DNA from: Vicugna vicugna
Taxonomy: Eukaryota
Direction of reading: 5' to 3'
Length of the DNA: 56,457 nt
Assembly (NCBI GenBank): GCA_013265495.1
Contig: MU058449.1
Span: 792,176-848,632 of the forward strand
A program made the position numbers and the translations under genes. This document shows, in pieces, positions 12,628 to 26,324 of the stretch (positions are counted from its first letter, which is position 1; each line of letters begins with the position of its first letter). Below the pieces are notes generated by a model that searched no databases, was not told where the DNA came from, and worked only from the letters and a program-made list of their open reading frames with translations.

Positions 12628-15118
12628 AGTTAAGTGAAGGAACTTTCATCCATATGCCTAGAATCAAAACAAAAATCAGATCCTCTTGCTTCATAGGGGC
12701 ATGAAAAACTGGATGCTACTTAATTTTAATCCTATTCAAAAACTGATTTGATAGATAATTACAAAAGTGGTCTGGAAAGGGAAGAGGCAGGTAATTGAGT
12801 GGAAGGGAGAATGCCCTGGAGGCAGGTGGAGGATAGAATTCTCTGGAGTCCCTAGGGTTGTAGCTCCAGCTGGGTGTGATCATTCACTACAAGGGAAGGA
12901 TGAGCTTTGCCCGTCCTTGTTTTACTGGTGGACAAACCGAGGGGTGCAATGCCTGAGCCTTGAGGGGAAAGGCCCTTCAAAGGGTAAAATGCTTGCGTTC
13001 TGCAGAAGGTGGAGACAGAGGGCAAATTCTTGGGTTCACTGCTCCCCAAGTAAATCCAGTCTTCCTTATTTTCAAACAGAATTGGTTGTAATGTGAGCAT
13101 CTCCTGTGGGTCCCAGGCTCTAGTCAAATGAGCATACAGTGCTTCATGTGATAGGGCAGGGGTCGTATCTGAATGTGTCGGGACAAGTCCAGGGTTTTCT
13201 TTTTGGAATAGCCATGAAAGGGAACCAGTCCACTTTGGGAAGTATGTAGTTCGATATGTGAGTATCAACGGGTGGGTCCCAGCTAGTTTCAGTGAATACC
13301 ATTGTGAATGAAACAGCTGGCAGGGTGGCCTCCTGATGGAAATGCTGGGAAGAAATCTCTTTTGGGTGCAGGCTGGACTATCCCTTTGTCACTTTCCATC
13401 AGATTCTTTAAGGTGTCTAATATTCTTTGACTTAATGAACACAGCCAATTCGTTGAGTTGCTCGTGGAAAAAGAATAGTGTGACTTGTCAAAATGGAAAT
13501 CTTATCAAATAGACTTAACCATCTCATGATCTTGATTTGGTTTTGTGTTGTGGGGTTGTAAGAGGTGGAGAATTTCTTTTTACTACTCTAGGAACTCATT
13601 GCATCATTATCTGATTGTTAGAGGCTGATTCCTACTTCTGATATTCAGAAGTAGAATACATTCAAGGTAGGTAAATAATATCAAGATTAGCAAAAAGTAT
13701 AGATGCTAAGTCGTTGAGCAGCAGCTCTCTTTGGAACAGTTACTACATGAATACTGACATACACAGGACTATAGTTTCGGTGGTGCCTGGGACTACCCTC
13801 TTAAAATTATGGAATTAGGAATTTACTGGGTATATTTTTAAAGTATATACAGTAAATCAGATGTTGCATTATATACTTTTATTCATTATTGTATTTAATC
13901 TTTAATACCTTCTACAAATTAGCATGTTTTCCCCATCAGTAGAAAGGAGATATTAAGACTTAGAAACAGTAGCTTGCTATCAACACTTAGTAGATTATCT
14001 TTTATTAAGATTTTCAAATGTATCAGAGTCAAATATATGTTATGTCTTACCTATGAAATCTTTTTCTTTTAATGTATACTGAATAGTCCGTGTAAGACTT
14101 TCTGAAAGGGGAAAATAAAAACAGAAACCAATGAAATAACTGATGACTTGGAGAAGAGCAGTGATATTTCAGCTTCAGGATTGTTATTGTTCTCTCTTAA
14201 CCTTTTCATCCCAGGGCATACTTCCTTAGAGATGTCCAAAAGAAGAAATACCTGTGTTATATTTGATCTGTTTTGTATCTTGTAGTAAAATTGCACAAGC
14301 AGGACTAAGAAGCAAAGAGAAAGATGTTCAAAACCAAACTCACATTGCCTTTGCTTCTGTTGCTTAGAAACAAAAAGCTGGTTATTAGTATACTGACTCC
14401 AGCCAGCTTAGCAATAGTGGGTCTATTAAAGGATGTAGAGATGTTTCTTATAGAACAGAATGGATGTACCTAGGTGTTCAAGATGAATTGGAACGGGCGA
14501 ACCAGAGATTCATTTTCTTCATCCCATTTTGCTAATCTGCCTCTCTTGTTGTAGAACAGATTTCTCTTTCCAAGTTGATGTGTGGGAAAATGGCCACCAT
14601 TGTGATCCCAAGTTCATATCTCCTCAGATAAACTGGAATCCACTTTGACTGGAGGACTCTGGTCCAGGTATGAGCACATGACCCAAGTTGAGTGGATTCA
14701 TCAGTGGGCCAGAAGGCAGGGTCATAGATTAATAGTTACTTCCATATAATCACATAAGGAGATGAACAGTTGTAAGAAAAATCAGATGTGGGGGAACCAA
14801 AGAGTTGGTTGCTTCTGCAGAAGGACTGGTAGGATACTAAGTTGGAAATGTAGGTCAGAATCTAAGGAAAGAACAACCCCAAATCTATACTCTCTCTGCC
14901 CAAACTTCAGATACTAGTTAACTGAAATCATCGAAGGTGGTGTCAGAAAATTAATCATTTCATTCACATCCTTGTTAGAAATTGAAAAGTTAGGCAAAGA
15001 GACCCCTTATGGCTTCATCTTAGAACTTCTGTGGCACCAGGTAAACCAATAGGTCCACAGATCTGTAAGGTATCTTTGAAGTTCGCTGAAATGCTTAAGG
15101 TTTGAACATGCTTTGTAT

Positions 15119-16093
15119 TCACGAACCCCGGCTGAAGTGGTCAAAGAGGCAGTGCATCAGCAAGCTCCTTGTTCGCTTTCGTATCTGTTCTGTTCTCAGG
15201 CCATAGATGATGGGGTTTAAGGTGGGTGGGATGATCACGTACAAGTCAGCTAACAGCACTTGGGTGTGCAAAGGCACTATGTCCTTCCCTAGCCAGGCAA
15301 CATAGATGGATGCCATCCCAGGTAGGTAGTACAGAGCCATAACTGCCACATGGGAGCCACATGTGCTTAATGCTTTCAACTGTGCATTCTTTGAGGAGAG
15401 ACCAAATACAGCTTGGAGAATCAGATTATAGGAGGCAGTAATAAAGAACACATCAGAACCCACAATAATAGAGGACCCAGTCAGGCTGTAGAGACTACTG
15501 GGCATGGGATCAGCACATGCCAGCTTGGCCACAGCTATATGCTCACAGTAGGAATGGAGAACCACACTGGAGCCACAGAAAGGTAGATGACTCACCATCC
15601 AGCTCAGTGGAGTCATGAATATGATAGCTCTGATGGTGATGGTCACACTCATTACCAGCATCACTTGAGGTGTGAGAATTCTCTTGTAGCGGAGGGGCTT
15701 ACAGATGGCTACATAGCGGTCAAAAGCCATGGCTAACAGCAGCCCCGACTCCACAGCTGTGGCTGCATGGACAAAATACATCTGAGTGAAACAAGCATTA
15801 AAAGTGATGGAGCTGTCTCCTGAGGAGAAGATGCTCACCATCTTGGGCACTACAGAGGAGGCCATAACAATATCCACGGCAGCCAGAACACACAGGAAGC
15901 AGTACATGGGCTCCTGTAGAGTGGAATCCACCCAGATTACGGTCGCTATGAGGGTGTTTCCTAACAAGGTTATGGTATACATGACACTCAGTGAGATAGC
16001 CAGCCATAGATGTGAAGACTGCAAACCTGGGATGCCCACCAAGAAAAAGGTGCCAGAGGTTTCCATTGTATGGTTGTAGGGTGGCCCCAGCAT
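15119..16093 (-). CDS. OR52I1: Olfactory receptor, class I, OR52I1/OR52I2-type (324 aa, intact)
   Basis: Single-exon ORF from ATG at 16093 (the ORF track's 16096 start is GTG). MLGPPYNHTMET…; motifs LQEPMY, MAFDRYVAIC.PL.Y, HSYCEH, KALSTCGSH, PPTLNPIIYG. Acceptor TTAACAG| about 20 nt upstream of the ATG. OR52I1 vs OR52I2 cannot be separated. Confidence 0.92.
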   Translation of the reverse strand: MLGPPYNHTMETSGTFFLVGIPGLQSSHLWLAISLSVMYTITLLGNTLIATVIWVDSTLQEPMYCFLCVLAAVDIVMASSVVPKMVSIFSSGDSSITFNACFTQMYFVHAATAVESGLLLAMAFDRYVAICKPLRYKRILTPQVMLVMSVTITIRAIIFMTPLSWMVSHLPFCGSSVVLHSYCEHIAVAKLACADPMPSSLYSLTGSSIIVGSDVFFITASYNLILQAVFGLSSKNAQLKALSTCGSHVAVMALYYLPGMASIYVAWLGKDIVPLHTQVLLADLYVIIPPTLNPIIYGLRTEQIRKRTRSLLMHCLFDHFSRGS

Positions 16094-19000
16094 CACAGAT
16101 GAGACTGCTTTCCTGTTAATGTATAAAATGATGTTAAGGATGCAATCCTGTAAGACTTATTTCCAGCTATGGTGTTAGGAAGTCTAATGATAGTCTCAAC
16201 TCAGTGGGCCCAGAGTTGAAAGCTGACATCTGGCAAAGGTATCCTGCCTCTCCTCCCATCCTCAGTATTCTTTGCATTACTAATTTCTGTTCGTTCTTCA
16301 GAGATTGTCTCGTGAGCTGCCTCCTTTGGGAAGTCTCTACCTCATCCCCCATCCCATGCTGTAACTGAATTAGGTACCTTCAGAGCTTTTATGGACTCTT
16401 GTCCATGCTGATCTCTGAGGGACCTAACTTGACAATCCTAGTACTCTACCTGTGACTTTATTGTGCTCACTTGTGTGTCTTGTTCATGGCCTTATACCTT
16501 ATACCAGCCTTATAGCTGTGGTGCACAGGTCCATGGAAAGAAGGCATATGTATTCATTATAGCAAACAGTTGAATGAATGAATGTGAAATCAGAGGAAAG
16601 AGTTTTCCTTTTATCTTTGTTCAATTCCAAACAATATTTAATAATTGTTGAATGAAACAGTGAACTTCCTGAGATTGAATGTGTCACACTTTGCATCTCC
16701 TTCCTCAAACTCTCACTGCCCTAATGCTGTATCTCTCAGGGCCCTAGGCTAGTGAGTCACCACACCAATTGTATGACTAGCTCACTTTACAATAGTCATA
16801 TAAAGCCCAGGAACTATTTCCTAGGTGTCCAGGCAGTTTTAAATGAAGAGGGCTTATTTGCCAAGGCTCAAGACTAACCTGCCCTTAACTATCACCTCCT
16901 GTCTTTCCCCTTAGGAAGGGGCTTTCAGGCTAAGAACTTTTCATATCCTTGGACACTGTCTTTACTTCACCCTTTTTGATTTTTGGCTTCTCCCTGAAAT
17001 ATTGGGTAGATCAGATTGACAGAGTACTAGCCTCAGAATCCCATCAGCTGCAGTAGCATTTTCTTTGTTAACCAAGCACTAGACAAGCATTTACCTGGTT
17101 CTCAATTCTAACCAGGTGGCATGCATTTGCCTCTTCCATTTACCCCTGGAGAGCCAACCACTCATTGACTGATTCCACACCCAGGTACCAACAGCAGCCT
17201 TGATGAGAGTCCTCAGAATTCTTTTAAAATGCCAGATTTCTGGGATGATTGCAAACTATGATCTTTACTGAAACAGACAAACCAACAACAACAAAAAAAT
17301 CCCTAAACATAAGAAATGCCTTATAATGGAACAGACTGAATAAAGTAATGAGCTCTGTTTCATGGTCAGAGGCTTGCTGTTCCACTGGGTGAAACATCAG
17401 TGACAGATCAAGAGAGGATAAGGGAAAGCTTTTTGAAGTAGAATGGTAGTAAAGACTGGAATTATTTCATTCAGGATATCCTGAAGACTGCTGTGTGTTT
17501 CCTGGATGCAGCAAACTTCAGGTTGAGCATTATTCCTTAAAAAGCCAAAGAAGAGCCTGAGGACCCAGAATGCCTCCCCTACCCCCTCACCTCTGATCCA
17601 GGATCTCGCTCCCACGTCACTGCCCTGCACAAATCCACGTTTCTTCTGAGAGCAGTCTCAGCTGCTGCCTGCCCGTCCTCTATCTAGCCTTGGCAACTTG
17701 AAGCTAGTCATACGTTTCATTCCCTCGAGGCTTTTCCCTCATTCCTTTTCTTGATTAGCAGTGCTAAAGGTTTATGTATCTTATTAGTCCTTTCAAACAA
17801 CAGGACATTTAGTTAGGTTGGTCTTTTTTTTTTAATCTTAAGTCTACTGCTGCTGAAAATTTTCTTGCTAAGATCAACAGTGCTCTCCATCAATAACATA
17901 CTGCCAATGCAGTGTTTTCATTCTTTATTTTACCTGACCTACCTAAAATATTTAACGGTACTGCCTGCTCCATGCTCATTTTTGGGTTAACTTTTGATTG
18001 AAGTATAACATACATACTGTAAAATGCACAAATCTCAGGTGTATAGTTGATAAAATTTTATAAAGTGAGCACATGAACACACCCACGTGGCCGCTACCCA
18101 GGTCAAGATACAGACACAGTTGGCTCTTGGTTGTTGAGGTGCACTGTTCTTCACAAAGATCTGGCCAAGCTCTCCTAAGACATTTCCAGCCCAGAACCTG
18201 CCTCTGCCTTCAACCCTGTGGAGACATTCACATGTAGACCTGGAGAGCCGATCACTAAAGAAAAGCTTAGACAAGTCACTTCAATAAATAAACCATAGGA
18301 TATGTAAGGATCCTTTATTCCTATTTAAAGGATGAGAAATACACAATTCAAATTAAAATTGTCTTAAAGGTAAAAGCATTGATGCACAGTTCATTTGAAT
18401 GGAGACTGTGTTTATGATAACCCAATGCCTCCTCTCTACAACCAAAACCACATGATCCTAATCACCCTGCTGCTCAGTTTCTACTCTCTCAACTTCCCCT
18501 GATCCCTGGAAACTGTCTCTCCATCATCCCAAGATTAGACTTACCCCCTCCTCTCTCAGCTTTGAACCAAAGTCGTCATGTGTTCCCTGTTCCTTTTCTC
18601 TCCCCAATTGCCCCATCATTTCCAGAAGGTAATTTTGGTATCAGCAGTAACCCACCAGACCTGGCCAGCCCTTTGGAGGAGTTGAGGGTTTTTATCCTCC
18701 TTTCTAGGGTGACTGCATCAGCCCAGCACCCAGCCCCCAGGTCAGTTACCCACATCCCTGGAGTCTTCTCTATTTGGCTTCCTCTGGTAGTCCACATTTC
18801 TTTCATGCAAAAGGATTTATACAGGACCCTTCAGGAGGAGCGAGGAGAGCGACACTAGATCAAAGACAACATGGAGTCATGGTCACTTCAAAGACCTCCC
18901 ATTGGGAGCCCTCTTCCCCCTTTAGACTATCATCTTGCTTTTTCCCTGGACACCCCGGCTTCCCTTGGCCTCTGTCCAGCAGCCAAACAGTGTAACTCCT

Positions 19001-20222
19001 CCAGAGACTGATTTTTCTCTGTGCTCTGACCCCAGGGAGCTTTCTGGATTACAGGAAGAGGGAGATGCTTAGTGGATGATGAGTCTTTGTTTCTTCATGT
19101 CCTCAGAGGATACATAAGAGAATACAGAGTACATTCTGAAAAGAAAACAAAAGGCCGAAAATTAGATTTTTGGAAGCCTGATAGGTGCCAAGCACCCTGC
19201 TGAACACTTTTCAGAGATGACCTTTCAATTCTTACAACCCTCTGAACTAAGCTGCCATTATTACAGCTACATTTTTATAGATTAAATTGAGGTGCATAGA
19301 AAGTCACAAAGCTAGTAAGCCAGAGAGCCAGGATTCCAATTTTAGCAATCATAATACATTTTTCTCAGTTGACGGACTCTGCACTGATAGCATACTTAAT
19401 CTCTCAAAGTCCACTTCACTTTCCTCTTCCTCCATTCTGTCTGGGGACTCGTGTTCGGCTTCATTGGTTAGATACTTTGCCTAGCATGGTGTTATAAAGT
19501 CCTTTTTGAATAGAGAAGGGAATAGAGCATTAGGGAGACTAAGGAAAGTTTTCAAACTGAGGGGAGCTCATGAACCTTAGCACAAAGATCTGACAAGACA
19601 AAATGTTCTCCAAACAGAAGAAGGTAGAATGCAGGGTACTCGAAAGAAAATGCAAATAAATGAGGCTAGAGGGTGTGCGGGCCATATTTTAGAGGTCCTG
19701 ACTTCTCTCTGGGCATCACCATGGGAATAAAGCTGAGAGAAAGAAGTCAACAGTAATATAGCAAGATTTTTTATGGCAAAAGATAGAGATACATGGAAAC
19801 ATGAAAAATCAGGAGATGATGTTGCATGCCCACAGTTCCCTGAGTCCTCAGCAGAGATACAGTTATTAGTGATGTGAATGGGGGAGAGTCATTCTGTTGC
19901 CTTTTGGAGGGGCATGGGGTTGCTTCTCGCCTTCCTCCACCAGCACATTTCTAATGACCAGGGGGTAGTTGAGGTTCAATTTACTAGGCTTAGCATCCAT
20001 TAGAAGGTGCAGTCTTCAAGCCTGCGAAAGAACTAGTCCCTCCAACTGCTGCACTGTGCTCATCCCCAAGGTACAAGAGGAGGCATTCAGAAAGAGACCA
20101 AAGATCTATCCTTGGAAAAGTGCCATCCAAGTTTATTAACTGGTTATTTACATTACTTGATGCAGAACATCGGTTCCCAAAACCCCTGCCCCAAATATCA
20201 CTGAGATTTCTCAGGAGGTGCC

Positions 20223-20738
20223 TGCAGTAGGTACCTGATATTCATGCCCATTTGTAATCTCCTCCCCTTGAGGGTGGGCTCAACCTAGTGACTCACTTCT
20301 AATGAGTAGAAAGCTGCAAAAGTAATGGGATTTCATTTTGGAGATTAAGTGACCAGCAGACAGTGCCTTCCATCTTGCTCACTCTTTTGCTGTCTTTGTC
20401 ACTCTTTCTGAGGTCCTCAGGTAAGCCAGCTGCCATGTTATAAGCTGCCCTGTGGAGAGATCCACATGGCAAGGAAATTATGACCCTGGAATTGGATCTT
20501 CTGAGGCTTGCCACAAGCCCTGTGTGTGAGCTTGGAAGCAAATGCTCTTCCAAGTGAACTTTCAGATGACTGCAGTCCTGGCCAGCACCTCACTGCAACC
20601 TGTAAGACATCCTGAGCCAAAGGCACCCAGTAGAGCCACACCCAGATTCTTGACCACCCACATCAGAAACTGATGTAATAAATGTTGTTGTCTAAATTGC
20701 TAAATTTGAGCTAATCTGTTACACAGGAAAGATAACTA
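20223..20738 (+). mobile_element. MLT1 (ERVL-MaLR) LTR
   Basis: …TGTAATCTCCTCCCCTTGAGGGTGGGCTCAACCTAGTGACTCACTTCTAAT… and 3' …TAATAAATGTTGTTGTCTAAATTGCTAAATTTGAGCTAATCTGTTACACAGG, typical of MLT1. Confidence 0.8.
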
Positions 20739-21254
20739 GTCGAGTCACTGACCACATTATCTATAGTTTCACTACAAGAGAAGAGAGTTAATGCCACCAC
20801 AACTGGCCGTTTTTCCTGTTGGGGGCAGTTACTTGATCATGACCATCCTGGACCTCTGGGTCCCAAAACTTTGTGGTGATTGATGTGTGGGGAAGATGAC
20901 CCTTTCTTGCTGTTAATGATCTGATATTGCTATTCCACTAAAAACTGAGAGGCAGACATCAAGGCAGTGTTGCTTGTGACATGGTATGTCAGGATTTACT
21001 TACAAACCTCTGTGCATGGGATCCACATACACATCCAGAGGAATGGAGAGGGGACAGATGCAATTAACAGCCTTCAGTTTGTCCAAACTAAACAACCTCT
21101 CATTCAACATACCTGCCTTCTATTCCTATTAGGAGATATTGTCTAGATGATCTTCACTGGCATTCTGCAGGCACAAACAGAATACTTTTGGAACATCTGA
21201 CTTCAAATCCTTGACTGAGGATCTGCTTCTGAGAAAACACAATCTAAGGCAGTG

Positions 21255-21960
21255 GGCATTTTTGCCTTATTCCTGATCTTCATGGTAATGCTTTACTGTT
21301 TCTCCCTTAAGTTAAGATGCTGGCTTTAGGAATTAAGTACACATATCACTTATAATCAGTTCTTATTTGAATGCTTTATGAGCAATTGATGTCAAGAGCC
21401 TTTTTAACATCTTTGGAAAGAAGCATATTTTGCTTCTCCTTTGATTTATTAATGTGGTGCTTTATATTAAAGGATTTCCCATAACTGAACCATACTTCAC
21501 TTCATTGAATAATCTCACATGGTCATGGGGTATTATTTTCTTAATGTGGTTGGAGTCTGTTTGCTGATATTTTAGTTAGTATTTTTGTATCAATACTTAT
21601 AAGGAGGTTCAGCTTTAGTTTTCCTTTTCTGTGCAATCTTTCTCAGGTTTAGCCATTAATGGAACACTTCCCTTTGTAGGAAAAAAAAATAGGTGTTTTC
21701 TTCTTTCTCTGCAAATTTCTCTTTTTATCTGTGAGTCCCCTGTGAAATTATCTGAACCTATTGTTTTTTTTCAGAGAGGAATTCTTAGCTTTATTTCTTT
21801 CATGCAGATTCGTTTGTGCTTTCTACATCTGCTGGTATCAGTTTTGAACAAATGTGTTGGATTGCATTGTACTGTATTGTACTGTAGCAAGTTCACCCAG
21901 GTTTTCCAACTTATTGCTTAGAATTGTGTGAATCTAATCATTTTTATTTTACCAGTTTCA
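21255..21960 (-). mobile_element. Old LINE-1 ORF2 fragment
   Basis: Degenerate antisense L1 RT-region sequence (…GGGCATTTTTGCCTTATTCCTGATCTT…TGTTTGCTGATATTTTAGTTAGTATTTTTGTATC). Confidence 0.6.
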
Positions 21961-21989
21961 CTGGTTACTTCCTCTTATTTCTTTTTTTA

Positions 21990-22982
21990 ACTCATTTTTT
22001 TAAATGAAGTATAGTTGACTTACAATATCATGTTAGTTTCAGGTGTACAGTATAGTGATTCAGTTATATATATATAACTGAATATATATATATATATATA
22101 TTTATTATATATATATATATATATATATATTTTCTCTTTCTCATATTTTTCCCATTATAGGTTATTACAAGATACTGAATATAGTTCCCTGTGGTATAGA
22201 TTAGGTCCTTGTTGCTTGTCTGTTTTATATATAATAGAGTGTATCTTTTTAATCTGAAACTCCTACTTTATCCCTCCCTCACCCCTTTCCCCTTTGGTAA
22301 CAATAAGTTTGTTTTCTATGTCTGTTAGTCTGTTTCTGTTTTGTAAATAAGTTCATTTTTATTGTTTTTTTAGATTCCAGATATAAGTGACATCATATGA
22401 TATTTCTCTTTCTCTGACTTATTTCACTTAGTATGATAATCTCTAGATCCATCCATGTTGCTACAAATGGCAATATTTCATTCTTTTTATGGCTGAGAAA
22501 TATATAGATATAGGTATAGATGTAGATATACACACACCACTTGTTCTTTATCCAGTCCTCTGTTGATGGATACCAGGTTGCTTCCAAGTCTTGCTTTTTG
22601 TAAATAGTGCTGCTAAGAACATTGAGGTGCATGTATCTTTTCAAACTAGAGTGTTTTTGTCTTTTTGGATATATGCCCAGGAGTGGGATTGCTGGCTCAC
22701 ATGTTAACTCTATTTTTAGTTTTTTAAGGAATGTCCATACTGGCTGCACCAAACTACATTCCTACCAGCAGTATAGAAGGGTTCTCTTTTCTCCACACCC
22801 TCTCCAGCATTTATTGTTTGTGGATTTTTGAATCATGGCCATTCTGACTGATGTGAGGTGATACCTTATTATAGTTTTGATTTGCAATTCTCTGATAATT
22901 AGTGATATTGAGCATTTTTTCATGTGCCTGTTGTCCATCTGTCCATCTTCACTAGAGGAATGTTTAGGTCTTCTGCCCATCT
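21990..22982 (-). mobile_element. LINE-1 3' end (ORF2 C-terminus + 3' UTR) with (TA)n tract
   Basis: Minus-strand ORFs give L1 ORF2 C-terminal peptides ([55 protein letters not shown]); (TA)n at ~22065-22130. Confidence 0.92.
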
Positions 22983-24297
22983 TTGTATTCTTCCATACAT
23001 TTTTCTATGTATCTCTTTGTATCTGTGTTAAAATAATAAAAAATGAACATATTCATAAATATAGGCAGACACATATGTAGTGTACATTTAGAAAAAGTGG
23101 AATGCATTAATCATAGAGTGTAGTATGTACCATCACCTAACTTGTCCATGACTTGCATGAGTAAGTTGTGAAAGAGCCATATGGGTAAGTGTTACTCCCT
23201 GAAAAGGAACATTGGCCATGGACACTGGAGGTGGGGTTCCTATTCTTGACTAAGGATAATCCACTGGTATGACACTGGCTCTTGGGCAGAGGAAGTCCAT
23301 GATGGCCTAGGGAACTGCCTTATTGTAGCCAACTCCTGAATGGTGGAACCACAACATGCCTTTTTCCTGGTTCCGTTTACAGCAGCATGTTATATTGGAA
23401 GATAGAACAGGTTCTGTGCTAGACCCAGGGAATGTGACCAGGAACCATTGCATGAGCCCAAGGCAACACCATTACCTTTGAAAAGATTTTGCCCAAGAAA
23501 AACATACCATAGAGATGGAGTCTAAGCAACTCCCCGAAAGCCGCTGTGCATGTAGCACAAATGCAGGACAAGCGTAGAGATTGCTCGTGAGCTCATCCTG
23601 AGTACCGTGGAGTAGAAGTTTGCCTTAAGAAGTTGTCCCACATGTGTGTTTTCCCTTCACCTACTCTGGGTCTTTGAATCCGTATTTCAGCCTGAATAGT
23701 GCTCACAAAACCCCAATGTCATCCCACCTCGTGCCCCTGCTTCTTGCTTAGAAACAACACAAGCCACTACCTCTACCACAGGCTATTGAATGAGCTGCTT
23801 TGTATAAATGGATTCAAGCCATTCACATAAAACACTCTCAGGATTAAAACATATTTAGACACGTATTTCTCAGCCTAAACAAACAAAAATAACATTTTAT
23901 AAATAAAAGGAGTGACTCAACAAACATTAACTGGTGCCTATTGTAAATTACCAGAACTAAGCTTAGGTCTGGAGATAAAGAAATACCATGTTCCTCCCTC
24001 TCAAGGAGTCCATTCACTAGAGTAGGCAAAAATTAAGCAGTTAAAATGCATTGTGATCAATTAAATAGAAAGCACTGTGGAACGATGTGCTTTTTTTGTG
24101 GAGTAAAGGACAGTCACTTCGCCCAGCTGGGAGTGAGAGAATGTGTCCTACAGGAGCTGATTCCTGGGCTGGATGTTGACAAGTAGCAAGAGTTAGCCAG
24201 GTCAGGGGCTTGGGAGTAGCCAATCTGAGAAGTGAAGAGGAGAGGCAGGAGATGGTCCTTAAGAGATAGGCAGGGGAGACCAGCAGGGCCTTGGATG

Positions 24298-24958
24298 TGC
24301 AGGTGCTCAGGACTTGCCATTCCAATATTTGCCTCTGTGGAGTATTAATTATTTTGAGCTGCAGGTGCTTGAGAAACAGCAGATGCAAGAGGGCTCTCTG
24401 ACCTAGCCCTTTCCACCTAAAATCAGGCCATACAGTTTCCCATGAGAAATGTGCTCTTCCCGTACCAGAACAAGAATATCCTTGTGTCCAGAGACTGGGC
24501 CTCAATGCTGAAATGGGTCTGTACAAGCAAGTTCACTAAAATAGCCCGTATCTCCACTCATTCCCGCCTCCCTCCACCATGTGTCTTCTAGTCACTTCCC
24601 CACAATTTACTGCACCTAGCCCAAACCCCTTTGTCTTGTCATTTCTTCACAAATGTGCCATTTCTCTGCCTAAAAGATGTAAAAGCATCAAAATTCATCA
24701 AATTGTACATCTGAAATATGTGTGGTTTACTGTACAGGAACCATACTACAGTAAAGGTGTTTAAAAAAAAAAGTATAAAAGCTATTTGCTCTGGTCCCTT
24801 ACTCAGGTCTTCATTATCTTGTGAAGGTCCCCATGCACATGAAAACATTTAAAAATCTTGTATACTTTTCTGTCTGTTTACTCTGCGTCATGTCAATTTG
24901 ATTCTTAAGCTCAGCCAGAGATCCTGCGAGGGTAGAGGAGAATTTTTCCTCCCCCACA
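24298..24958 (+). mobile_element. MER34-like ERV1 LTR containing a short L1 3'-end insertion (~24687-24772)
   Basis: TG…CA ends (TGCAGG…CCTCCCCCACA), degenerate 4-bp TSD GATG/GATT; internal L1 tail ending in poly(A) and flanked by AAAAGATGTAAAAGC / AAAAGTATAAAAGC. Confidence 0.65.
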
Positions 24959-25370
24959 GATTCCACACTAGAGATTTGGACATTAACCTGATGTTCACAG
25001 GTGGCTGGCTGAGTGTTAAGGAGTAGAAAGTCATGATCTGATTTTGAATTTAGAAAGTAAATTATACCGATTTTGACCATTAGGATTTTGGTAGGTGGAC
25101 TCAGACTCAAATTAACTAGACTCAAATTTTGGAAAGTGGCAGCGTCACTAATGCGTCAGAACATTAGAGGCCATCATTTGATCACATCCTGCTGACACGT
25201 TTACCATTATAAATAGAGACAGTCAAGTAAGTGAGATTTATCACACAGTTTATTCCAAGTAATTGTTAAGAGCATATGTGCTGTTTTAACTACTTAAGAT
25301 TAAAACAACCTCATTTTTAACGAATTAATTCAGCAAATACTTACTAGATGACTATTATGAGCTGGACATT

Positions 25371-25655
25371 TGTCAGCAGTCTTAAGTGAGTAGGCCATGG
25401 GACCCAAATCAAAGTTCACAATAACTTGCATGTGTATGAGGTAAGAAGTAAATGTACGCATGCGCTAGTACCATGAGTCAGCATTATGAACAATACGCAT
25501 GCGCAGGCCAATGAAAGGACAAGTGCGTACACCGGAGGGGACGCCACCCGCTTGTACTGCTGTGAAGTGCTGTTTTGCTCTATGTCAGCTCCTTGCGCCA
25601 TCCAGTTGGGCAGCTCGCTTCCTCGGATCCCTCTCCAGTCCCACCGCAGAAGACA
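25371..25655 (+). mobile_element. Solo LTR (285 bp), family A copy 1
   Basis: TGTCAG…AAGACA termini; perfect 5-bp TSD ACATT (25366-25370 / 25656-25660); colinear with 32256-32540. Confidence 0.88.
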
Positions 25656-26324
25656 ACATTATGCTGGATACTAGGTAACTCGGCAGGCAAAAGCACCTAG
25701 AACAACTACCCTCCAGAGCTTTCAATCTAACGAGGAAGATAGAGAACAATCAGCTTATCAAACAAATGTAGGCACTTCCATGTGTACTTTGAGATTTCTA
25801 AGGAAAAGTTGTTTGAGACTGGGTGGGAGCATAGGCTTCCCTGATGGAAATGAGTTTAGGCTGTGACCTGACAGCTGAATAGACCGTTTACAAGGTGTTT
25901 GTGGGTGAAGTGGAGACCGAACTTTGAAGGGAGAGACTCAGCCTGTGCAAAGACATCGAGGCTAGGTAGAGAATGGTACCTTAGAAGGACCAAGAGGACT
26001 GCAAGAGCCCCAGGATGTCCTTCTGACAGATAAGATGAGAACCTTTCTCATTTTTCTTTAAACAAGGGAAGTCACTGAAGCGTCTAAGCAAGGGTCACTC
26101 GTGATCCGATTTGTGTTTTGCAAGTTGTATTCCTTTGTCTGCGCTGAGACCTAGAGCGGAACGGGGCAGAGCAGTAGCAGAGACTTGGGTGCGTACTGCA
26201 TGCAGAGTTAGGGAGCGGCAGATATTTCCTTTAAGATACCTGATTTTGAAGCACTGTAGCCCTCGGACCTGAATCGTCCTGGTGTTGGCTCTCTGTTGTG
26301 TAATTTCTAGAGCTTTAGTGTTCA

